Shown in pieces: positions 55,768 to 64,000 of a DNA stretch of 64,000 nucleotides. Every line of letters begins with the position of its first letter. Position 1 is the first letter of the stretch. Position numbers and translations under genes: made by a program. The stretch lies in the sequence record ON568341.1. The stretch is one strand, 5' to 3'. This DNA comes from Escherichia phage UE-S1. The notes below the pieces were generated by a model, which worked only from the letters and a program-made list of their open reading frames with translations, did no database searches and had not been told where the DNA came from.

Positions 55768-56745
55768 ATGGCTCATCACGGCGTGTTTATGTACCCTTAT
55801 AATCAGGAAGTATCATTGGGCAATTTTAATATGCCATTTAGTAATGAAAAACTAACTATCTATCGAGGGGCAAATAATAATTTATCTTTTACTGTTCACA
55901 ACGCTGATGGAAAATATACTTTATTGAAAGATAATGAATATCTTACATTTATGATTTTTGATGCACGAAATAATACTAAACTATTTGATGTTGTATTGGA
56001 AAAGCAAGAACCAAGTTGGTTATCAGAAAGTGGTCAAGCTCGTCAAACATTGGGAAATAAAAAGAAAGTATACTATGGATGTATTGTTCCAGCAGGAGTT
56101 ATTCAAGATACCAGTCCTGGTTCTAAATATAGATGGAGCATTACTAAAGTAACTATGGATGGTTCACTTATAGAACCAACACAATATCTATACACTGGAA
56201 TGAACTTTGAGGCATCAGCGGAGCTAATAATTTCAGACCAAGCAGCCCCAGTATTTGTTCCTAGTACTGAAATATCTACAGACAAAAATTCAGCCTGGAC
56301 ATCAATAAAGCGTTTATATAATGAACCAATTGGTAATGGTATGATAGGTGAGTATGATATACTCGCATCAACTCCACTTCCAGCACAAATGCAGTATGGG
56401 TTGGTTGATGGGCTAAGTAGCATTGCAATCTATTTTGATAAATTCATTGGAAGAATACAGTTACAAGGATGTTTGTGTAATAATGTACCTAATGATAATG
56501 AAAATTATAAATGGTTTATAATCAAATTAGATGGAAAGGATTATATTGAAAATGGGATTGATATTGATGGATTTCCAAAAGAACTTGATGGTATTCAAGC
56601 ATTTAATTTCAAAGGAAATTATATGTGGTTGCGAATCGTAGTAGCAATTCATCCTAAAAATGTTCCAGTACCATACGACTATGCTGCTGTGCGAAAAGTG
56701 TATGATCCTTTATTAACTGTACCTAAAATTTTGATTCGCAGGTGA
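55768..56745 (+). CDS. Hypothetical protein (about 326 aa)
   Basis: RBS GGAAGGA before ATG 55768 (ORF track start 55702). Confidence 0.4.
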   Translation: MAHHGVFMYPYNQEVSLGNFNMPFSNEKLTIYRGANNNLSFTVHNADGKYTLLKDNEYLTFMIFDARNNTKLFDVVLEKQEPSWLSESGQARQTLGNKKKVYYGCIVPAGVIQDTSPGSKYRWSITKVTMDGSLIEPTQYLYTGMNFEASAELIISDQAAPVFVPSTEISTDKNSAWTSIKRLYNEPIGNGMIGEYDILASTPLPAQMQYGLVDGLSSIAIYFDKFIGRIQLQGCLCNNVPNDNENYKWFIIKLDGKDYIENGIDIDGFPKELDGIQAFNFKGNYMWLRIVVAIHPKNVPVPYDYAAVRKVYDPLLTVPKILIRR

Positions 56746-56771
56746 GACAAAATTAGAAGGTGTGCTATAAT
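56742..56771 (+). promoter_or_regulatory. Promoter (GTGAGACAA-N15-TGTGCTATAAT) for primase/helicase operon
   Basis: Identical box and spacing to 17228-17257. Confidence 0.55.
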
Positions 56772-56800
56772 CATTTGTAAGAAAAGACAAGGATTAACTT

Positions 56801-57856
56801 ATGAACGCTGTACAAAACATAATGGCACAAATAATGAATGATCCAGTACCTTCAATTGGTACATGGTCACATCACAATTGTCCCGCTTGTGTGTTCAGAG
56901 GACATTCAAGGCCGGATACAAAGCACCGTGGTAATCATATGTTCAATGCAGATGGTTCCGTATCATATAACTGCTTTAACTGTAGTTTAAAAACGGGTTG
57001 GCAGCCTGGAAAATATATGAGCAAAGATATGGAGTCTTTGCTCATTTCTTTTGGTGCACAAGATAAAGAAATAGAATTAGTTAAGTTTTATATTAAAGAA
57101 ATGGTTGATAGTGGAGATTACGCTACACAAGAAACGGTTGTATCAAAATTATATGATAGAATAACTGTGCGTGATTTACCATCAAATGCTAAAACATTTT
57201 GGGAATGGGCTTCGTTACCAGAAGACAAAATTCCCCGAGAATTTTTGAGTGTTTTGCATAACGTCAATGAAAGAAACCCATACTTATTAGATTTAGAATT
57301 ATATTGGTCACCCAATAAAGAACATAAAATGTATGATAGATTTATTATTCCTTATTTCATGAATGGGAAAATCATTGGATACACAGCAAGACACAAATTA
57401 AAAGATCCCGGAAGTACATACAGGTTTATAAATCAAGTAAGTACAAATATACTATATAATTATGATTTATTAAAAGATGATAGAATAAAAACAATTTTAG
57501 TATGTGAAGGGCCGTTGGATGCTGCATTGATGGGTGGAGTATCTGCAAATAACTTTAAACTATCCAATGTACAAATTGATGTATTAAAAGATGCACAACA
57601 AAAAGGTAAAAAAGTAGTTATTGTTCCAGACCGAGACAAAGATGGGTTAATAACAATAGAACAAGCACTTGAAAATGGATTCAGTGTGTCGTTCCCAGAC
57701 TTTGGTGCAGTTAGAGAAGGGAGTACTATACGTCACATCAAAGATTTCGAAGAAGCGTGTTCACGTTTTGGAAGGTTATTTTGCTTGCAATTAATACACG
57801 ATAGTATAGTAGATGAGCCATTTTATATAAAAGCTCAAACAGAAAAATGGATGTAA
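56801..57856 (+). CDS. DNA primase, gp61-like (zinc-binding domain plus TOPRIM)
   Basis: Cys cluster NCPAC…YNCFNC; TOPRIM ILVCEGPLDAALMGG. Confidence 0.9.
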   Translation: MNAVQNIMAQIMNDPVPSIGTWSHHNCPACVFRGHSRPDTKHRGNHMFNADGSVSYNCFNCSLKTGWQPGKYMSKDMESLLISFGAQDKEIELVKFYIKEMVDSGDYATQETVVSKLYDRITVRDLPSNAKTFWEWASLPEDKIPREFLSVLHNVNERNPYLLDLELYWSPNKEHKMYDRFIIPYFMNGKIIGYTARHKLKDPGSTYRFINQVSTNILYNYDLLKDDRIKTILVCEGPLDAALMGGVSANNFKLSNVQIDVLKDAQQKGKKVVIVPDRDKDGLITIEQALENGFSVSFPDFGAVREGSTIRHIKDFEEACSRFGRLFCLQLIHDSIVDEPFYIKAQTEKWM

Positions 57857-57878
57857 TACATATAATGAGGGAACATAG

Positions 57879-59399
57879 ATGATTCAAAGCACAATGGATG
57901 TGAAACAATATGGGATTAATGCACAACAATACTTATTATCTCAGATTTTCAGTAATCCTGATTTATATGTACGTTGTAAAAATATCCTTAAACCTGAATA
58001 TTTTGATAAAACATTTCATGAAAGTATTAAGTACGTTCATGATTATGCAGCAAAATATAGTTCATCACCAACTTTAAAAGATATTGAAGTTAAAGGTGGT
58101 TATCAATACGACCAATATGAAGTTCAAGAATTACATAAACAATCAGTACTGGATACATGTGGTGAATTTTGCCGACACAAAGCATTAGCATTAGCTGTGG
58201 AAAAGGGAATGGAACTTGTCCATCAGAAAAAATATGGTGGGATAGAAGAACTAATTCGTGAAGCAATGCTGGTAACTGTACAGAATGAGTTAGGTTTGGA
58301 CATTTTTGAAAATCCAGAAGATACTATTCGTTCACTAAGTTCAATGCAAGGGTCATTTAAGAGTGGATGGGAAACACTTGATTACAAACTTTTCGGTGGC
58401 TTTGGGCGTAGAGAGTTAGAGATTTTTGCGGCTGCATCAGGTGGTGGTAAATCAGTAGTATTGCAAAATTTAGCAGTTAACTTTGCTAAAGCTGGAATGA
58501 ATGGTGCATACATCTCTCTAGAACTAGCTGAAGAGTTAGTTGCGGTTCGTATTTATGGTATGATGACTGAATCGAAACTCAGTAACGTAAAAAATGAAGC
58601 TGAAAAGATTGGATTTGCTGTTAAAGTTGAAGGTAAAAACAGTGGTATGTTGCGTATTAAACGCTTACCTGAATCTGTGACAACAACGGACGATATCGAA
58701 AGTTATCTACGTGAATTACAAATTAAGATGGAAATCAAACTTGATTATGTATGTGTGGACTATTTGGACCTATTAACTTCTAATCGTCTTGGACCAAATG
58801 ATAAATCCAATACATTTACTAAAGATAAATTTGTATCAGAAGAATTACGTGCTCTTGCATCAAAAATGGATTTGACTGTATTCACGGCATCTCAGTTTAA
58901 CCGTAGTGGCATGGACGAAGATAAGAAAAGTCAAAGTCAGATTGCTGGTGGTATTTCAAAAATTTATACTGCGGATAACGTAATTTATATTGAAGCAAAA
59001 AAAGACACTGGGGAATTATGGTTTGATTTTCAAAAAACACGTAACAGTAGTGCAGTAGGTTCTCGCTTACGTATGTCCTATGATATTGACTCATTGCGAG
59101 TTCTTGATCACGCAATTACAGTACAACAAATGGAAACAGAAGGTAACGGATTCCGTCACAGTGGTGTTTCTAAGATTGGTGGAGGAAATATGGCATTACC
59201 TCCTAGTACAATGCAAACATTGCGTCATACGCTTTCTGGTACATCAAATTCATTATCTACACAACCAAACAAACAAGTATTACTAAATACTGAGAGTGCT
59301 CCTAACACAACAACACAAAATGAATTACAGCCCCCGCAGCCACATGCAGGTTCTGAACGTGTTCATGCAATGAAGCAATGGTTAAATCAAAGGAAATGA
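57879..59399 (+). CDS. Replicative DNA helicase, gp41-like (DnaB family)
   Basis: Walker A AASGGGKS; DnaB-like blocks (…DYLDLL…, …SQFNRSG…). Confidence 0.85.
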   Translation: MIQSTMDVKQYGINAQQYLLSQIFSNPDLYVRCKNILKPEYFDKTFHESIKYVHDYAAKYSSSPTLKDIEVKGGYQYDQYEVQELHKQSVLDTCGEFCRHKALALAVEKGMELVHQKKYGGIEELIREAMLVTVQNELGLDIFENPEDTIRSLSSMQGSFKSGWETLDYKLFGGFGRRELEIFAAASGGGKSVVLQNLAVNFAKAGMNGAYISLELAEELVAVRIYGMMTESKLSNVKNEAEKIGFAVKVEGKNSGMLRIKRLPESVTTTDDIESYLRELQIKMEIKLDYVCVDYLDLLTSNRLGPNDKSNTFTKDKFVSEELRALASKMDLTVFTASQFNRSGMDEDKKSQSQIAGGISKIYTADNVIYIEAKKDTGELWFDFQKTRNSSAVGSRLRMSYDIDSLRVLDHAITVQQMETEGNGFRHSGVSKIGGGNMALPPSTMQTLRHTLSGTSNSLSTQPNKQVLLNTESAPNTTTQNELQPPQPHAGSERVHAMKQWLNQRK

Positions 59400-59402
59400 T
59401 AA

Positions 59403-59675
59403 ATGTCTAGTAAATCCAATAAAAAGAATCTACTTGATAGTATAGTTGACTATACCCCAGAGAAAGATACGTTACAGAGTTTTAGTAATCGTGCAGACCA
59501 TGCAATAAACTCTGTGATTCATTTGTTGGAGAGCATTGAAGATGAATTTAACCAAACTGATGCTGAAGATTTGAAAAAGCGTTTATTTCTAAGTATAAAA
59601 AACCGAGATTATAAAAAGTTTCAAAAAGGGTTAGAGAATATAGCACTTGATGAAAAACGTAATAAGGGTCATTAA
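59403..59675 (+). CDS. Hypothetical protein (90 aa)
   Basis: ORF. Confidence 0.35.
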   Translation: MSSKSNKKNLLDSIVDYTPEKDTLQSFSNRADHAINSVIHLLESIEDEFNQTDAEDLKKRLFLSIKNRDYKKFQKGLENIALDEKRNKGH

Positions 59676-59676
59676 T

Positions 59677-59841
59677 ATGAAGAAAAAGAATATTAAAGAG
59701 AATGCATCCACAGCATCTACTTCGGCAGGTGCAATTGCATCTGTCAGCACTGGTTTACATTATCCATTACATCGTAGATTGCCTCCAACTAACTTCTTTG
59801 GGTATAAAGTAGTAGAGATAAAAGATAAGGATAAAGAATGA
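59677..59841 (+). CDS. Hypothetical small protein (54 aa)
   Basis: ATG 59677 after upstream stop. Confidence 0.25.
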   Translation: MKKKNIKENASTASTSAGAIASVSTGLHYPLHRRLPPTNFFGYKVVEIKDKDKE

Positions 59842-60230
59842 AACCCTATACTTTCTACACGATACATACTGTAGTAGATATTGGTGACGGTAAAACCCCA
59901 ACAATCATAGATTCAAAATTCACTGGTGCTATGAACTTGTCTAGATTGTTGGAAGCAATTATGGTATATGATTATCCTATGATGGTAAGTGTTGTTAAAA
60001 ATGAAGTTGATTTATATAAAGATAATAATTCATCTTTTTATAATATACCAATTACATGGGGTAAATGTACAATAAGCACATTTAAATTCGCTATACCAAT
60101 GGATGTTGAACTTCGATTACATGGTATTCCATTAGTTCTACCAACTGAACTAAATGGAAAACGAATAACTAAATTTATCACATCTGGTGATGATATCAAC
60201 ATTAGCATCAGTAAACAGACCTTTTCTTAA
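59838..60230 (+). CDS. Hypothetical protein (130 aa)
   Basis: ATGA-coupled start. Confidence 0.4.
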   Translation: MKPYTFYTIHTVVDIGDGKTPTIIDSKFTGAMNLSRLLEAIMVYDYPMMVSVVKNEVDLYKDNNSSFYNIPITWGKCTISTFKFAIPMDVELRLHGIPLVLPTELNGKRITKFITSGDDINISISKQTFS

Positions 60231-60287
60231 TTGTGATAAATATCATAAAGCAAGACAGAGGTCTTTTTTATTTTTTATGGAGAAAAT

Positions 60288-61232
60288 ATGGATATAAACC
60301 AAACAGCAACAGAACTTCAAAAGTTCGCAGACGCACATAATTTGAATGTTGATGTTTCTGTCATTCTTGATAATATGGATGCAGGTGATTTCATTACTTT
60401 AAATTCTGCGATTGATAATTCCGATAATCGTGAAATATTTCAAATTTTGCAAAAATATAAAGCACAGATGAGTGAGTGTTATGAATATTTCAGTACTAAT
60501 AATTTGAATAAACATATCAATGAAAGTACTGAGCTACATAGCATTGTTGATGCAATGACTCTAAAGCAACTGGAAGAGACATACACTAAAAAATATACTT
60601 ATTCTGATACATCGAAGCTAACTACCCAAGAATTAAAAGCGATTGTATTTGAAGATTTTCAAAATCAAGCAACTCAAATGCAATCTAAGCAAATTGCTAA
60701 AATGAATGTTTCACAAGGACAACAGCAAGTTAATCCACAAACTCAAGCGAAAATAAAACAGGCTGAGTTACAAAGGAACGCTAATAATATGAAAGTTAGT
60801 GTTCCGGGAACACAAAGCGGTACTGATTCAGTAGAACCTGTTGTTGGTGTAGATCCAGGTCAAACACCAGAGCAAACATTGGTAATTACTAAAAGCGGTA
60901 CTAAACCAAATGAGTTAAATGTTTTCCCATTGAATGATGTTAATCCTATCGATAACCAAAATAATCCAATACGTGAGGAAAAATCCCCACAAGAAATTAA
61001 CAGTGAACTAATGGGAGATGCAAGCTTAGAGCCTGATAGTAATCCTGATTCACCATCACCATTATCATATCATGCACCTGGTATGGGTGAAATGATTCAT
61101 GCTATTTCTGATATTGAAAAGGAAGATGATATTTATGGTGATGAAAGTGTAATGGCAAATCAGTCGCAATCTGATAATGATGATATGGTAGATCAAATTA
61201 TTGATTATTGTCATCGTATGCGAGGTCGCTAA
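60288..61232 (+). CDS. Hypothetical Gln/Asp-rich protein (314 aa)
   Basis: ORF. Confidence 0.4.
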   Translation: MDINQTATELQKFADAHNLNVDVSVILDNMDAGDFITLNSAIDNSDNREIFQILQKYKAQMSECYEYFSTNNLNKHINESTELHSIVDAMTLKQLEETYTKKYTYSDTSKLTTQELKAIVFEDFQNQATQMQSKQIAKMNVSQGQQQVNPQTQAKIKQAELQRNANNMKVSVPGTQSGTDSVEPVVGVDPGQTPEQTLVITKSGTKPNELNVFPLNDVNPIDNQNNPIREEKSPQEINSELMGDASLEPDSNPDSPSPLSYHAPGMGEMIHAISDIEKEDDIYGDESVMANQSQSDNDDMVDQIIDYCHRMRGR

Positions 61233-61450
61233 TGAGAACAGTACTGAATGTGTATGGTCATAATACGATGGTTTCCAATGAAGAATACAAACTATTACAA
61301 AAGATAAAAGCACGTGATACTGTTCCAGTTGAAAAGGTTAATGAATATTATCAAGAACTTGCTGATAAAATGGTATCACGCGGTGTTCTAAATAAAATAG
61401 AAAATGGTGATGGTACTGAATCATATCAAACAGTTAGGAGTAGTAAATGA
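61232..61450 (+). CDS. Hypothetical small protein (72 aa)
   Basis: TAATG-coupled ATG 61232. Confidence 0.3.
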   Translation: MRTVLNVYGHNTMVSNEEYKLLQKIKARDTVPVEKVNEYYQELADKMVSRGVLNKIENGDGTESYQTVRSSK

Positions 61451-62124
61451 ATTACGAATATGATCAACAATCAGTCAATCAGATGGCTGATTTGTTAAGT
61501 GGTCTTAATGATATTGAAGCTGGTGAGACACACAATGCGGCAGGTGTACCATATAAAGCTAGTGGTGATATTGGTGCAATGACCGCTATTTTAACTTCAT
61601 TAAATGAAGCGGGTATGGACTATGGTACTGAACCCGAACCTACACATCCGAACGTAGTGCCATATAACGCACCATTTAACGAACACATGAATGGACAACC
61701 ATATGTTCAGCCTATGGTACATCGTTCACCTCCTAAACCGAAAACCAACTGGAGTTTAGTTGAAGAAAAGGTACAAGGTACGAAATCTACTAAAGTTTAT
61801 AGCATTAAGTGTAACCATAGTTCACAAATTATCATGAATAATATTATGATGTATGAAGCAGCACTTACTTTAGTTAACCTTCTTAACGAAGGGAGAATGT
61901 TGACAGATGCTAAAATTCTTGGTATAATTAGTTCGGGTTTGCAATATACAAATGTTATAAGCGAAGCATTAAAAGCAGCCCATAAACGCCAACGTGTACT
62001 TAATGAATCAAAGTATGATGAAGCAAAAGATTTAGATATAATCATTGCAGAAAAGAAAGCAGAAGCTTATAAATTAAAAGAGCGTGTGTTAAACTTTCTT
62101 AAAAATGAAGGGTATATCACTTGA
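61447..62124 (+). CDS. Hypothetical protein (225 aa)
   Basis: ORF. Confidence 0.4.
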   Translation: MNYEYDQQSVNQMADLLSGLNDIEAGETHNAAGVPYKASGDIGAMTAILTSLNEAGMDYGTEPEPTHPNVVPYNAPFNEHMNGQPYVQPMVHRSPPKPKTNWSLVEEKVQGTKSTKVYSIKCNHSSQIIMNNIMMYEAALTLVNLLNEGRMLTDAKILGIISSGLQYTNVISEALKAAHKRQRVLNESKYDEAKDLDIIIAEKKAEAYKLKERVLNFLKNEGYIT

Positions 62125-63872
62125 TTATAGATGAATTGAAGAAATTCTTAAAAAGCAAAAACAAAAAAACATGGGTTAAGTTGGTAAACAATAATGAAGT
62201 ATATTTTAAATATGTTCGTGAATTGTTCCCAACTAAACCCATGAATGAAGCATTATATCTTATAATGAACGATATGGTATGTGCACCATCTGCCCCATGT
62301 GGTTCTGAATGTAAATTTATTAATGGTTCATATGATAAGTATTGTTCTAAACCAACAAAACCAAACAAAAATCGTGATAATGGTTTTTGTGTAGTATGTA
62401 ATGAACATTGGAAGAACACCAAACTCAAAACTACTAAACAAAAATGCATTGATACTTATGGAGTCGAATACCATTGGCAAAGAAATGATGTAAAGGACAA
62501 AATAAAAAGTACTAATATGAAACGATATGGTGTTGAACACAATTCACATATCGAACATGTTCTTGAAAAACGAAAGGAAACTTTCATTAAAAGATATGGT
62601 GTTGAATCACCTTTGGCATCTGTTGAAATTCGTGATAAGATAAAAGCAACAAACATTGAAAAATATGGTGTTGAAAATTATGGAAGTACTGATGAATGTA
62701 TAGAAAAACGAAATAAAACAATGATGGATTTGTATGGTGTTAATAATGCACAACATGTAACGAAATTTTTAAATGAATCAAAGGTTACGAAAGCTAAAAT
62801 TAGGTATGATAAAATTTTATCTATTATTAACCCTTCATATAAAGAACTTTTTGAATATGATGACTTAATTGATTCTACTAATGAAAGTAAACTTCCGTAT
62901 TATTGTGAAATACACAAAGGGTTGTTTTATAGTAATTATAAATATGGTATAGTTTGTAGTGTTTGTAATCCACCCGTGTATAGTTCCATACAAAATGAAA
63001 TAAAGAATTTTGTGTCAACATTGACTGAATGTGACATTATTATGAATGATCGAAGTAATGGGTATGAATATGATATATACATCCCTGAACTTCAGATAGC
63101 AATAGAAGTTAATGGTATGTATTGGCACAAAAGTGATATGGTTGATAAGTATTATCATAGGGCAAAAACAATAAATTCAATCGAACGTGGTATTAGATTG
63201 ATACATATATTTGAAGATGAATGGTACAGTAAACAGAAAATTATTAAAAATAGATTAATGAACGTTTTTCAATGTTCTAGTAAGATTTATGCCAGAAAAT
63301 GTATTGTTAAAAAAATCAATACAAATATTTGTTATGATTTCCTAAACACTAATCATATACAAGGATATACTAGAACTGGAATAAACTATGGTTTGTTTTA
63401 TAAACAAGAACTGGTTGCAGTAATGACGTTCAGTAAAAGTCGATATGATAAAAAATTTGAATATGAGCTAATACGATACTGCTCACGTGGAACTGTTGTT
63501 GGTGGTGCTGGTAAATTATTGTCTGCATTTGAGCGTGATTACAAACCATTGTCGTTGATGAGCTACGCAGACTTGAATTGGGGTTCTGGACAGTTATACA
63601 TATCTCTTAACTTTGAAAATTTAGGATATACAGAACCAAAATATTTTTATTATGATCCAAAAACAAAACAGCGTTTTTCTAGACAAAAATTTAGAAAACA
63701 TAAATTGATTGAAATGGGATACAACTCATCTAAAACCGAAGAAGAGATATGCTTGGGTGAAATTGGATTGTATAAAATATACGATTCTGGCAATTGTAAA
63801 TTTGCTAAATATTATTACAACATAAACATTACAGGAGATATTGAAAAATGTCCAAATCGTACAAAAAACTAA
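62121..63872 (+). CDS. Multidomain homing-endonuclease-like protein, paralog 2 (TTG start)
   Basis: Same architecture as 27604-29199: KYGV repeats (…KRYGVEHNSHIEHV…KRYGVESPLASVEIR…EKYGVENYGSTDE…), core YDIYIPELQIAIEVNGMYWH, C-terminal YELIRYCSRGTVVGGAGKLL; only in-frame start near the N-terminus is TTG 62121. Confidence 0.5.
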   Translation: MIIDELKKFLKSKNKKTWVKLVNNNEVYFKYVRELFPTKPMNEALYLIMNDMVCAPSAPCGSECKFINGSYDKYCSKPTKPNKNRDNGFCVVCNEHWKNTKLKTTKQKCIDTYGVEYHWQRNDVKDKIKSTNMKRYGVEHNSHIEHVLEKRKETFIKRYGVESPLASVEIRDKIKATNIEKYGVENYGSTDECIEKRNKTMMDLYGVNNAQHVTKFLNESKVTKAKIRYDKILSIINPSYKELFEYDDLIDSTNESKLPYYCEIHKGLFYSNYKYGIVCSVCNPPVYSSIQNEIKNFVSTLTECDIIMNDRSNGYEYDIYIPELQIAIEVNGMYWHKSDMVDKYYHRAKTINSIERGIRLIHIFEDEWYSKQKIIKNRLMNVFQCSSKIYARKCIVKKINTNICYDFLNTNHIQGYTRTGINYGLFYKQELVAVMTFSKSRYDKKFEYELIRYCSRGTVVGGAGKLLSAFERDYKPLSLMSYADLNWGSGQLYISLNFENLGYTEPKYFYYDPKTKQRFSRQKFRKHKLIEMGYNSSKTEEEICLGEIGLYKIYDSGNCKFAKYYYNINITGDIEKCPNRTKN

Positions 63873-64000
63873 TGGAAACTGCTTCTCGTGCTGAAGCAAT
63901 GAAATTCATTAAATTGAATGAATCTAATATTGAAAAGGCAGAAATTGTCCTTTCAGTTAAAGGTGAAATTGTTGATAAATTACAACGTCAATCAGAGGTT
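63872..64000 (+). CDS. Hypothetical protein, partial (N-terminal 43 codons; continues beyond window)
   Basis: TAATG-coupled ATG 63872; open to window end. Confidence 0.3.
   Translation, partial: METASRAEAMKFIKLNESNIEKAEIVLSVKGEIVDKLQRQSEV

Overview
This window reads as a segment of an AT-rich, T4-like lytic myovirus genome; no host genes, integrase, tRNA, rRNA or CRISPR array were found. All calls are from reading the sequence and ORF track by eye; no database search or structure prediction was run. Modules in order: (1) a minus-strand baseplate block (large wedge proteins, gp25-like, stand-alone T4-type lysozyme, gp5-like spike with a C-terminal lysozyme domain, putative hub); (2) gp55-like late sigma factor, gp47 and gp46 recombination nuclease, and an EndoVII-like gene; (3) an 850-bp ORF-free, GC-richer locus with its own promoter and terminator, proposed as a structured ncRNA; (4) a head module syntenic with T4 genes 20-67-68-21-22-23; (5) a variable island with homing-endonuclease-like genes and a tail fibre; (6) a replication and recombination module (DNA polymerase, RNase H, gp32, UvsX, DexA-like, UvsW, primase, gp41 helicase); (7) a large terminase interrupted by a LAGLIDADG intein in its P-loop. 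Two promoter classes recur: a late TATAAATA/ATAAATA type before structural genes and a GNGRGACAA-N15-17-TATAAT type before replication genes and the ncRNA locus.
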